Shown here piece after piece: positions 1 through 8,807 of a stretch of DNA of 64,000 nt (its first letter is position 1; every line of letters begins with the position of its first letter). Source of the DNA: Pelagibacteraceae bacterium AG-337-I02 (GTDB lineage Bacteria; Pseudomonadota; Alphaproteobacteria; HIMB59; GCA-002718135); the NCBI GenBank assembly GCA_003282155.1, contig QBZY01000001.1, positions 85,991 through 149,990 of the forward strand, read 5' to 3'. Made by a program: the position numbers and the translations under genes. The notes under the pieces were generated by a model that saw only the letters and a list, made by a program, of their open reading frames with translations, ran no database searches and was not told where the DNA came from.

Positions 1-831
1 TGCTTGGTTAACAGTAGCTAAATAATTAGTCTTACCACCTTTGTCATAACTTGAAGCGTAATAAGCATGTGCGAATAACATCTCAGAATACAAATCTACA
101 ACGCCGTCGCCATTAAAATCAGCTGCAGCTAAATCTTTCATCTTAGCAACATTATAATTTTGTTCTGCTGTTAGTGTTAAAGAGTGAGCTGGGGCACCCC
201 AATATCCAAATGCTTCATCCCAGCTATGTTCTTTACCAGTATAGTAAGCACCTTCTTTGTATGGTTTACGATTTTCTTTTTGACCAATTTCCATTTTTGT
301 ACCAAGATAGTTATTTACACCCTGATTATAAAAAACAGCACCCATTGCAAATTTTGATATTAATTGAGTATAATCAAAACCTGTTGCAGGATCAAAATCA
401 CCGCCAATCTCACTAGCTTTCTGCATCATATGCTCCAGTGCTTCAGGTCCAGATAATCCACCCCAACCAGGAATAGTCCCTTTGTACATTTTGCCAGATA
501 AGTTTCCACTACCAATTTCTGAAACCATTGTTTGCATAACAGGAAAACCATCTTTGGACTTAGGCGCAATGATCTCTAAACCATCTTCTCCATTATAGTA
601 AGCCATCATCTTGTTTAGATCACCAGTTTTAACTAGTTTTTTCAAACTGTCGTGTAAAACTTGTCTAGCCATTTGACCTGTATATTTTACTGAATTTGTA
701 GCGTCGCCTTCATAACCTTTTAACGTAATTGGATATGGACCATATATCTCTGGGCCATGACCATCTGCAAAGGATTTAGAAAAGTTAAACGATAAAACTA
801 ATGCAGTAACAATAAGTAATATTTTTTTCAT
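1..831 (-). CDS. DUF4856-family exported protein (runs off the window; not in the ORF track)
   Basis: Manual translation from ATG at 831: MKKILLIVTALVLSFNFSKSFA|DGHG (Sec signal), then SVKYTGQMAR, KEHSWDEAFGYWG and an EF-hand-like DFNGDGVVD. Frame is open to position 1; AAGGA RBS upstream. Confidence 0.75.
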   Translation of the reverse strand, partial: MKKILLIVTALVLSFNFSKSFADGHGPEIYGPYPITLKGYEGDATNSVKYTGQMARQVLHDSLKKLVKTGDLNKMMAYYNGEDGLEIIAPKSKDGFPVMQTMVSEIGSGNLSGKMYKGTIPGWGGLSGPEALEHMMQKASEIGGDFDPATGFDYTQLISKFAMGAVFYNQGVNNYLGTKMEIGQKENRKPYKEGAYYTGKEHSWDEAFGYWGAPAHSLTLTAEQNYNVAKMKDLAAADFNGDGVVDLYSEMLFAHAYYASSYDKGGKTNYLATVNQA

Positions 832-858
832 AATTAATTTCCTTAATTGTAAATTTTT

Positions 859-952
859 CTTAGTTTGAGGTGTGGAGATAAGTTGAAACTCGTTTGGTTA
901 AGATGCGCCTTTACCTTTAAAAGATTACTCATCTCCACGTCCTATTACTAAG
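859..952 (-). promoter_or_regulatory. Long leader hairpin upstream of the DUF4856 gene
   Basis: On the minus strand GTGGAGATGAGT (938-927) pairs with ACTTATCTCCAC (883-872) with one G-U; outer CTTAGT/ACTAAG stem at 952-947/864-859. Confidence 0.55.
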
Positions 953-1034
953 GATCTGAGATGCTTTTATAACAATTTAAAAAACAGATTTTTTTATTTT
1001 ATTTTCCCAGTGTTTATAGGCTATATCAGACGTA

Positions 1035-1051
1035 TTTAGATTTATTCTAAT
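1035..1051. promoter_or_regulatory. Irr/ICE-like iron control element 1
   Basis: TTTAGATTTATTCTAAT versus ICE consensus TTTAGAA-N3-TTCTAAA (2 mismatches). Confidence 0.55.
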
Positions 1052-1217
1052 TTAAAGGTTTTTTAAAATAGGTGGTTAGAAATCGTAATATTAAATGTGA
1101 GTTATAATGTTATAAAAACTAACCACCATGGAACGGAAGTAGATTTATTTATAGGTAAAAATTGATATTTATGTAAAAAAAAATTATTTTGATATCATAA
1201 AATAGATATTTGAGAAT

Positions 1218-1234
1218 TTTAGAACTATTCTAAT
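1218..1234. promoter_or_regulatory. Irr/ICE-like iron control element 2
   Basis: TTTAGAACTATTCTAAT versus TTTAGAA-N3-TTCTAAA (1 mismatch); 15/17 identical to the box at 1035-1051. Confidence 0.65.
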
Positions 1235-1261
1235 TAAAAGTAATAGACGTTAATTCTAGGT

Positions 1262-1279
1262 GGGGCCTCGAAGGGCCCC
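1262..1279 (-). terminator. GC-rich hairpin after ibpA (terminator or 3' stabiliser)
   Basis: GGGGCC-N6-GGCCCC just past the ibpA stop; no clear U-tract. Confidence 0.5.
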
Positions 1280-1288
1280 TATCCAAGA

Positions 1289-1726
1289 CTATTTTATAGA
1301 AATAAGTCTAGCTTTCTTTTCTTCTGGTATAATTCTCTCCAGATCAATTGTTAAAAGTCCATTAATTAATTCAGCATCCTTAACTTTGATGTCTTCTGAA
1401 ATAGTGAACGATCTTTCAAACTGTCTCGTTGAGATTCCTTTATGAATTACTCCATTACCATTATCATTAACCACTTTTTCTTTTGGTTTATTTCTAACAG
1501 TAAGATTATTTTCTTTTAATTCAATCTCAATGTCTTCTTTACTATATCCAGCAAGAGCAATTTCAATTTTATAATTGTGATCATCAACTCTATGAATATT
1601 GTAAGGTGGATAGTTTGTATTGTAACGTTCGGTGGATTCTAACATTCTATCAAATTCATCGAAAATCGAATCAAATCCAACAGAAAATGGTCTTAGAGAA
1701 TTCCAAACGGATAGGTTTCTAGTCAT
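1289..1726 (-). CDS. ibpA: Small heat-shock protein Hsp20/IbpA
   Basis: NYPPYNI, IEIALAGY, HKGISTRQFERSF, NGLLTIDL, C-terminal ISI. Start moved to ATG at 1726 because AAGGAG lies just upstream. Confidence 0.95.
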   Translation of the reverse strand: MTRNLSVWNSLRPFSVGFDSIFDEFDRMLESTERYNTNYPPYNIHRVDDHNYKIEIALAGYSKEDIEIELKENNLTVRNKPKEKVVNDNGNGVIHKGISTRQFERSFTISEDIKVKDAELINGLLTIDLERIIPEEKKARLISIK

Positions 1727-1784
1727 AATAACTCCTTTATAAGCAAGTATTAATGTCGGCACCCACAATGGCATACTGACATTT
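1724..1784 (-). ncRNA. ROSE-type RNA thermometer in the ibpA 5' UTR
   Basis: 5' hairpin AAUGUC...GACAUU, then AAUACUUGCUUAUAAAGGAGUUAUU in which UUGCU faces the AGGA Shine-Dalgarno (ROSE hallmark). Confidence 0.8.
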
Positions 1785-1787
1785 ATG

Positions 1788-1815
1788 ATGTGGGGATGAT
1801 TATGATTAATTCAAG
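1788..1815 (-). promoter_or_regulatory. RpoH (sigma32) promoter of ibpA
   Basis: CTTGAA-N14-CCCCACAT, matching CTTGAA-N13/17-CCCCATNT. Confidence 0.8.
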
Positions 1816-1822
1816 TATGTAA

Positions 1823-2479
1823 TTATTTTTTTCTTATAAAGGATAAGCCATCTGATAACGGTAAAAGAGAAAAGTCTACACGAGAATCGTTTTGGATTTT
1901 TGTATTTAAATCTCTTATGGTATTTGTTTGAGAGTCGTTTTTTTTCTCATCAGCAACATCACCATGCCAAAGCATGTTATCAATAATTATAATGCCATTT
2001 GATGGAACAAGACTTAAAGATAATTCATAATAATTAGGATAATTATTTTTGTCAGCATCTATGAAGATAAAATCATAAGAATATTGACGGTCTATCATAC
2101 TTTGCATTATTTCAACCCCATCACCGATAATAGATTCGATTTTTGAACTCATATTATCTAGATCCCAATATTTTTTAGCTAATGATAGAAATTCGTCTGA
2201 ATTATCAATTGTTGTAATTTTACCTTCTGCTGACAAACCTCTTGCAATAAATAAAGTGCTCATGCCAGTAAATCTTCCAACTTCTAGACAAGATTTTGCT
2301 TTCGATAATTTTGTGATTATTTCTAAAAACTGACCTTGTTCTTTTGCAATTTGCATTTGAGATACACTGCCAAGCTTAGATGTTTCATCTGCCAGATCGT
2401 CAATTATTTTATCTTTTCTATAACCTACGTTTTGTAGATATTTTACTAAGCTTTCATCTATTTTAGTTTGTGTACTCAT
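1823..2479 (-). CDS. SAM-dependent O-methyltransferase (CCoAOMT/Methyltransf_3 family)
   Basis: LEVGRFTGMS, FIDADKNNY, IDNMLWHG, LPLSDGL. Confidence 0.9.
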   Translation of the reverse strand: MSTQTKIDESLVKYLQNVGYRKDKIIDDLADETSKLGSVSQMQIAKEQGQFLEIITKLSKAKSCLEVGRFTGMSTLFIARGLSAEGKITTIDNSDEFLSLAKKYWDLDNMSSKIESIIGDGVEIMQSMIDRQYSYDFIFIDADKNNYPNYYELSLSLVPSNGIIIIDNMLWHGDVADEKKNDSQTNTIRDLNTKIQNDSRVDFSLLPLSDGLSFIRKK

Positions 2480-3792
2480 TGATTAATGTACTCATAAACT
2501 TGTGGTAATTTTTTTATTTCTTTATCTGAAATTATAAAACAATCTTTTATTCTTTCTTCCAATTCTTTTGAATCGTCCTCTGTGTTTGAGTATAATTGCA
2601 ATAATGGTTTCGTGCTATCAATTTTTTCACCAACTGAAATAACACTATCATATCCTACACCATAATTTATTTTATCAGAAACTTGTTTACGTCCCCCGCC
2701 AAGCTCTATCAAAATCAAAGCTAATTCTCTTGTATGAATTTTTTCAATCCAACCTTCTTTATCAGAAAAAATATCTCTAGCTGTTGACTCATTATTCAAA
2801 TCTGTTTCGTAAGTTGATAAAATATTTTTTGGTCCTCCCAAAGCTGAAGTCATCTTTTCAAATTTTTCTGCTGCTGCTCCATTTGAAAGAACCTCTTCAA
2901 TTTTTTTAAGAGCATCTTCTTTAGAAATTTTATGGACCATCATTAAAAGTGAAGAGATTAATTCATTCGTGATTTTTTCTAAGCGATAATCTTTAATTTC
3001 ATTTTTTAAATACTTTATACACTCTAACATTTCTAAAGTATGACCTGCACTTTTTCCTAAGACTTGATTCATATCTGTGATTATAGCTTCGCATTTAAGC
3101 CCAGCTCCCTTTGCAACACTAACTAAAGATTGTGATAATTCTCTTGATATCTCTATAGTACTATTAAAAGATCCGTTCCCAACTTTTACATCGAGAATAA
3201 GTGACTTCAGCCCAGAGGCAATTTTCTTAGATAAAATGGAGGAAGTAATTAATGGTAATGATTCCACTGTTCCAACAATATCTCTTATGGAGTAAAGTTT
3301 TTTATCAGCAGGTGCTAAGTTTGGTGTTTGACCAATTATGGCACAACCAACTTCTTTAACTACTTTCTTAAACATATCTAAATTAGGTTGTGTATTATAA
3401 CCTGGGATTGAATCGAATTTATCTAATGTTCCGCCTGTATGACCTAGTCCTCTTCCAGAAATCATAGGAACATATAAACCGCATGCAGCTAATATTGGTG
3501 CTAATACAATACTAGTTTTGTCACCAACTCCACCAGTTGAATGTTTATCACAAACAAGTTCACTATCAACCATGTCTGACCAATTTATTGTGTCACCTGA
3601 GTTTGTCATTGCTTCGGTTAAATAAACTGTCTCTTCTGGAATCATGCCATTAGAAAATATGGCCATACTCATTGCAGCAATTTGAGGATCAGAAAAAGAT
3701 CCAACTGTTAAACCTTTTACAAATTCATTAATTTCTTCTTTTGATAAAGATTTTTTATCTCTTTTTTTTCTAATTATTTCTTGAGGAATCAT
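2476..3792 (-). CDS. deoA: Thymidine/pyrimidine-nucleoside phosphorylase
   Basis: IIRKKRD, DKHSTGGVGDK, SGRGLGHTGGTLDK, SILSKK. Confidence 0.95.
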   Translation of the reverse strand: MIPQEIIRKKRDKKSLSKEEINEFVKGLTVGSFSDPQIAAMSMAIFSNGMIPEETVYLTEAMTNSGDTINWSDMVDSELVCDKHSTGGVGDKTSIVLAPILAACGLYVPMISGRGLGHTGGTLDKFDSIPGYNTQPNLDMFKKVVKEVGCAIIGQTPNLAPADKKLYSIRDIVGTVESLPLITSSILSKKIASGLKSLILDVKVGNGSFNSTIEISRELSQSLVSVAKGAGLKCEAIITDMNQVLGKSAGHTLEMLECIKYLKNEIKDYRLEKITNELISSLLMMVHKISKEDALKKIEEVLSNGAAAEKFEKMTSALGGPKNILSTYETDLNNESTARDIFSDKEGWIEKIHTRELALILIELGGGRKQVSDKINYGVGYDSVISVGEKIDSTKPLLQLYSNTEDDSKELEERIKDCFIISDKEIKKLPQVYEYINQ

Positions 3793-4600
3793 CGAATTGA
3801 ACTTCGCGTATAAACTGTTTAATTAAATTTAATACATTGTTCTCTGCTAAGCTTGCATTTTCTAAAGTTTCTTGATGACTGAGTTTTGTTTTATTCATTC
3901 CTGCAGCTAAGTTTGTAATTACACTTATTCCAATCACAGGTAAGCTGCAATGATTTGCAACTAATACTTCTGGTACTGTTGACATTCCAACGGCATTTCC
4001 ACCAATTACTTTTAAGGCATTGATTTCAGCTGGTGTTTCAAAGTTAGGGCCTGAATACATGCAATAAATCCCTTCATATAATTTTTGATTCATTTTTTTA
4101 GCTATATCAATTAATTGTTCTCTATAAAATTTATGGTATCCATCACTCATATCATGAAAGCGTGGGCCATAACTTTCTGCATTGGCACCAATAAGTGGAT
4201 TAAAGCCACTCCAATTGATATGATCCTTAATTGCCATTAAACTACCTGCTGGCATATTCTCATCAAGACTTCCAGCAGCATTAGTTACAATTAAAAGTTT
4301 AGATCCAATATCTTTTAAAACACGTATTGGGGCTGCTAAACTTTGTGGGTTATGTCCTTCATAAATATGTGATCTACCATACATGCAAACGACATTTAAA
4401 TTATTAATTTTTCCTAAAACTAACTTTCCAGCGTGTCCTTTTACAGTTGGTTGAGGAAAATCTTCTAATTCCTCATATGATACTGATTCTATAATATCTT
4501 GATCATCAAAAAAATTTGTTAACCCACTTCCTAAAATTACAGCTACATCGGGCGAATCATTATTTGTTATTTCTAAAAATTTTTTAGATGATGGAAACAT
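3770..4600 (-). CDS. punA: Purine-nucleoside phosphorylase (trimeric type)
   Basis: ILGSGL, GHAG, GRSHIYEG, TNAAG, GPNFETPAE, VGMSTVPE. Confidence 0.95.
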   Translation of the reverse strand: MFPSSKKFLEITNNDSPDVAVILGSGLTNFFDDQDIIESVSYEELEDFPQPTVKGHAGKLVLGKINNLNVVCMYGRSHIYEGHNPQSLAAPIRVLKDIGSKLLIVTNAAGSLDENMPAGSLMAIKDHINWSGFNPLIGANAESYGPRFHDMSDGYHKFYREQLIDIAKKMNQKLYEGIYCMYSGPNFETPAEINALKVIGGNAVGMSTVPEVLVANHCSLPVIGISVITNLAAGMNKTKLSHQETLENASLAENNVLNLIKQFIREVQFDDSSRNN

Positions 4601-5016
4601 TAAAGATTTTCTGGACCAAAAGAATCTGGAAGTAATTCTTCAAGAGTTGAAGTTTTCATATGCCCTTTTTCACTACACATATGGATTTTAGTATCTAATG
4701 ATGCAAATTCTCTTAATCGCTGTCTGCATCCTCCACAAGGTGAGCATAATAAATCTCCAGAACCGATAACCACGACTTCTAAAATTTTTTTACTTCCATG
4801 TGAAATCATATTGCCAATTGCAGTTGCTTCGGCACACTGTGATTGGGGGTATGCCGCATTTTCTACATTACACCCTGAAATAATTTGGTTATCTTCAGTA
4901 AGAAAAGCTGCACCTACCTTAAAATTTGAATAAGGAACATGGGCTTGTTCTCTAACTTTTTTTGCTGCCTCAAACAAACTATCAAAATTTTCTGAAACCA
5001 TATTCTTTTTTAACAT
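4600..5016 (-). CDS. cdd: Cytidine deaminase (homotetrameric type)
   Basis: PYSNFKVGAA, NVENAAY, CAE, SPCGGCRQ, LLPDSF. Confidence 0.95.
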   Translation of the reverse strand: MLKKNMVSENFDSLFEAAKKVREQAHVPYSNFKVGAAFLTEDNQIISGCNVENAAYPQSQCAEATAIGNMISHGSKKILEVVVIGSGDLLCSPCGGCRQRLREFASLDTKIHMCSEKGHMKTSTLEELLPDSFGPENL

Positions 5017-5042
5017 GAAATTACTAAAAAAATTATTTATTT

Positions 5043-6194
5043 CTAAATCTTAAACAATTCTTGAGACAAATCAGGAAGTTCATCTCCCCAAAAAACTTCT
5101 TTACGCAAAAATTCTGGATCTTGGTTAAAGCAAACAGACATTGCTGAATTATAAACAGCTCTTGAGTCAATTGTAGAGTTTAGATCTCTTCCTTCAAATA
5201 ATTCTTTCTTTTTCAGTCCAGGCCATTCTGTATAAACTTGAGATTTTTTTAGTAAGCCGCCAGCCATTAGTATTGCACTTCCATATCCATGTTCAGTACC
5301 ATAGCCTCCATTTTGTTTTATAGTTCGACCAAATTCTGTCAAAGTTAAAATTAGAGTATTATCAAACGCGTGGCCCAGATTTTCATATAAAATTGTAACA
5401 ATTTTATTTACCTCTTCAAGTTCATCGGCATGAGCTCCATCAACGCCTCCTTGAGCAGCATGAGTATCAAAACCATCTAAATCAAATACAGCAACTCTAG
5501 GACCACTTTGATCTTTTAATTGTTTGGCAGCTTCAAGGGCAAGTTTTTTTCTATCGTCAGAGTCAGTAGCTATTTGCATGGACAATGGTCTTTGTCTAAT
5601 TGTATCAAGTGTCGATTTAATTAGCTCATTATGCTCACCTTTAAATTCATTATAAATTTGATCTATTAAATTAGTTTCAACAAAATCTGGTGATGGAAAA
5701 AAATTATTATTTTGTGGCACACCTCTTAATAAAAGTGGCATTGGTAATGATATAGCCAAACCTTTTCCTATAATATTTGAAGCTAGTAACCCTCTACCAA
5801 GCCATCCGGTTTTTTCTTTGTATGGAATGTGAGCTCCTGTTTCCATCAAATTTTGACCATCAAAATGAGATCTGCCTGTGTAGGGAATATTCGTTGCATG
5901 TACAAATGCTGCTTGATTAGTTTGCCAGAGCTTATGAAAAATTTCTAATTTAGGGTGAAGACCAAAATCACTATTTAAATTAAGAACATCTTCTAAAATA
6001 AGTTTTTTTCTTAATTTTCTTAGACGTTTATCTCCAATAACAGGAACAGCTGTTAAACCATCCATACCTCCGCGAAGTGATATAATAATTAGATTTTTTT
6101 TCTGCATTGAAGCAAAACTAATTTTTGGGAAATATCCTGAAAGAAATAGTGTTGTTGATCCTCCAATTAAAAAATTTCTTCTTGTGCAGTTCAT
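5043..6194 (-). CDS. DUF1501-family protein with Tat signal
   Basis: N-terminal TRRNFL twin-arginine motif; LRGGMDGL, RSHFDGQ, GFDTH, TEFGRT, GTEHG. Confidence 0.88.
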   Translation of the reverse strand: MNCTRRNFLIGGSTTLFLSGYFPKISFASMQKKNLIIISLRGGMDGLTAVPVIGDKRLRKLRKKLILEDVLNLNSDFGLHPKLEIFHKLWQTNQAAFVHATNIPYTGRSHFDGQNLMETGAHIPYKEKTGWLGRGLLASNIIGKGLAISLPMPLLLRGVPQNNNFFPSPDFVETNLIDQIYNEFKGEHNELIKSTLDTIRQRPLSMQIATDSDDRKKLALEAAKQLKDQSGPRVAVFDLDGFDTHAAQGGVDGAHADELEEVNKIVTILYENLGHAFDNTLILTLTEFGRTIKQNGGYGTEHGYGSAILMAGGLLKKSQVYTEWPGLKKKELFEGRDLNSTIDSRAVYNSAMSVCFNQDPEFLRKEVFWGDELPDLSQELFKI

Positions 6195-7627
6195 GCTTTC
6201 AATACTCCAGGTAAATTACAAATGACTCCATACTTTTGACCTAAATCATAATCCAAAGTGCCAAACCTAAAATTTTCAATAAGTGATGCCATATTTTCAT
6301 GATCTTCAAAATTATTTTTAAGACAAGCTAAAATAAAATCATGGGATCTGTTTCTAGATTTAACAAGTATTGGAAGCTCAACAGAAGAGAACCAAAAGCG
6401 ACGTAATAATAATTCTGGTGATACCCAATCTGCCTCAAAATCACTCCAACCATTTGGTTGTTTTGCACGATAAGGTGAATGACCAATTTCTCTAAGTATC
6501 CATGATAGTTGTCTTTGTCTTCTATTTGGCTTTGAACTGAAGGAATAATTCATTTTTTCGGGAGAAAGAGGAATATTTAAATCAAACATTCTAGACAATT
6601 GCATAAACCATATTTCTGGTGGATGAAATTTATGTGTATTCTCATTATGTTTGTAAGCTTGCGTAATAACTGCTTTGTGAATTTCAATTAGACTTCCATT
6701 GGATTTGTTCCATGCTTCTATTACTGGGTTAATCATATCTTCAGTTGGTTCATCTGTAATAAAATGCCTGCATAATTTTGTTGAAACAAATTTGATACAG
6801 ATTGGGTGTGTTGCTAAATCATGAATTACCTTTGCAAGTTCTCTTTTTGCATCATTTTTATATTTAACTCCTAAAACTATTTTGTCTCCTTTTTGATGCA
6901 TTTCTTGATCAAACCATATATCTCCTGTCTCTAAATTTTTTCTATCCCATTTGTGTGCCCAACCTGTCATAATATAGGCTAACTGAATAACATCATCCTG
7001 AGTGTATCCAGCATTTGGTGAAACAGTATGTAATTCTAGTAGTTCTCTTGCATGATTTTCGTTTATAGTTTCTCGCCACTCCATTCCTTTTTTAGAATTG
7101 GGACCAAAAGATTCTGAGTTATCAAGATGGTGAATCATGCACCATGAAGTGGTAACCGACTGCACCATCTCTTCAAAAGTTTTAACCATATTAGGTCTAA
7201 TAATTTCACGTTGATAAGGCCCAGTGCTAAACTCTGCCAAAAAATCTTTTTCACTTATTGCAAAGTGATTTCCCCAAAAAAGCCAAAAACGCTCAAAAAC
7301 AGGCTGTTTGGAATACTTAGTTTGATAATGACGAATAGCATGTTCATTTAATTCAAAATACCTTTCACCAGTTTTTATTCTTAATTCATCTTTTGCTTTT
7401 CTATAGGCATGTTTGTCATTTTTAAATTTTTTTCTTAAGATTTCTCTGTCTCCATATACCCACTCTCCATATTTTTTTCTTAATTCTTTTTCTGTTGGAA
7501 TTATTCCAGGCCATAAGAGATTGGGTATAGTATCTAGTTGATTTAATGCCCAATTAAGAGGATCTTTATCTGGTTTATCATTTGGTGATAAACCAAATGC
7601 TACTCGTCTATAAAATTTTAATGACAT
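6191..7627 (-). CDS. DUF1800-family protein
   Basis: FWGNHF, HLDN, INENHARELLELHT, YTQDDV, PNGW; 4-nt overlap with the DUF1501 gene. Confidence 0.88.
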   Translation of the reverse strand: MSLKFYRRVAFGLSPNDKPDKDPLNWALNQLDTIPNLLWPGIIPTEKELRKKYGEWVYGDREILRKKFKNDKHAYRKAKDELRIKTGERYFELNEHAIRHYQTKYSKQPVFERFWLFWGNHFAISEKDFLAEFSTGPYQREIIRPNMVKTFEEMVQSVTTSWCMIHHLDNSESFGPNSKKGMEWRETINENHARELLELHTVSPNAGYTQDDVIQLAYIMTGWAHKWDRKNLETGDIWFDQEMHQKGDKIVLGVKYKNDAKRELAKVIHDLATHPICIKFVSTKLCRHFITDEPTEDMINPVIEAWNKSNGSLIEIHKAVITQAYKHNENTHKFHPPEIWFMQLSRMFDLNIPLSPEKMNYSFSSKPNRRQRQLSWILREIGHSPYRAKQPNGWSDFEADWVSPELLLRRFWFSSVELPILVKSRNRSHDFILACLKNNFEDHENMASLIENFRFGTLDYDLGQKYGVICNLPGVLKA

Positions 7628-7679
7628 ATTTAAAAAAAAATAGTTTACATATATTTATAATATTTAAAAATAAAATTTA

Positions 7680-8330
7680 ATGAAAAAAATACCCCTAAAA
7701 ATTTGTGGCATAACAAATGTAAAATCAGTTGAAGTTGCATATAAAAATAAAATAAAATCATTAGGTTTTGCAAGTAAAAGTTTAAATGGACCAAACACAG
7801 CTAGTGATAAAAAAATTCAATCATTAATTAAAGAATGTAAAAATTATAAAATAGAATCAGTTCTTTTGACTCGTTATGTATCACTAGATAAAATAATTGA
7901 ACAAATTGATTTCACAAAACCAAAGACAATTTCATGTTCGTATCATTTTTCAAAAAAGGATTTATTAAGAATAAAAAATATATTTAAAAGATTAAAAATT
8001 GGTATTGCAATTAACCCTGAAAATTTTAATAAAAATTATATTGAGTCAATTAAAAAAATTGTTGATGTGGTTTATTTTGATATGAATGTTTATAGAAAAA
8101 AAAGCATTAAAAAATACTCATTGAAAAAAAGTATTAAACAAATAGAATTTATTAAAAATAAAAATATTCCTGTTTATATTGGTGGTGGTATAGATAAGAA
8201 AAATGTTTCTAATATTCTTAAACAAACTTCACCTTTTGGTTTGGATATTTCAAGAGGTTTAAAGAATAACCGTAATTTAATATCTCAAGAAAAGCTTAAA
8301 GATTTGTTAAATCAAATTTCTATAGGATAA
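7680..8330 (+). CDS. Divergent phosphoribosylanthranilate-isomerase (TrpF)-like TIM barrel
   Basis: LKICGIT, VYFD, IGGGI..NV, PFGLDISRG; lacks the usual QLHG motif; no trpB/trpA nearby. Confidence 0.8.
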   Translation: MKKIPLKICGITNVKSVEVAYKNKIKSLGFASKSLNGPNTASDKKIQSLIKECKNYKIESVLLTRYVSLDKIIEQIDFTKPKTISCSYHFSKKDLLRIKNIFKRLKIGIAINPENFNKNYIESIKKIVDVVYFDMNVYRKKSIKKYSLKKSIKQIEFIKNKNIPVYIGGGIDKKNVSNILKQTSPFGLDISRGLKNNRNLISQEKLKDLLNQISIG

Positions 8331-8807
8331 TTTTTTAATAATATATTTATTTGTTAATTCTTTAGATAATTGATTAATAGATTTTTTTTCAACTGGATGG
8401 AGAAGAAAGGGTTTAATATCTAATATAGGATGTAAAACAAAATCTCTTTCTTTGGCTCTTGGATGCGGAATAATTAGATTGTTGTAATGATACTTACTAA
8501 TTCCAAAAAAAATTATATCAATATCGATACTTCTAGGTCCGTTAACAATTCTTTTATTTTTTTTTAATTTTCTTTCAATTTTTTGAATAGAATTGATTAA
8601 TTGAAGAGGCTGTTGATTGGTTTTTAATATAATTGCACTATTGTAAAAGTTTGACTGATATTTATATCCATATGGGGCTGAAACATAAATATTAGCAAAC
8701 TTACTTATGTTCCCAATTTTATTTAACTCCCTTACTGCACTACGTAAATTAAGTATTGAATTACCTACATTTGACCCAAGGGCTATGATAGTTTCAGTTT
8801 GAAACAC
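8307..8807 (-). CDS. folK: Hydroxymethyldihydropteridine pyrophosphokinase
   Basis: IALGSNVG, FYN, GPRSIDIDII, IPHPR..ERDFVL. Confidence 0.95.
   Translation of the reverse strand: MFQTETIIALGSNVGNSILNLRSAVRELNKIGNISKFANIYVSAPYGYKYQSNFYNSAIILKTNQQPLQLINSIQKIERKLKKNKRIVNGPRSIDIDIIFFGISKYHYNNLIIPHPRAKERDFVLHPILDIKPFLLHPVEKKSINQLSKELTNKYIIKKLSYRNLI

Noticed and set aside
174-416. 80-aa plus-strand ORF in the track
   Set aside because: Antisense shadow of the real minus-strand DUF4856 gene (831 to <1).
1091-1129. 12-aa minus-strand ORF MVVSFYNIITHI
   Set aside because: Too short and no RBS; the inverted repeat explains the region better.
1727-1774. 16-aa N-terminal extension of Hsp20 in the ORF track
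   Set aside because: It is the ROSE 5' UTR; the SD lies just before ATG 1726.
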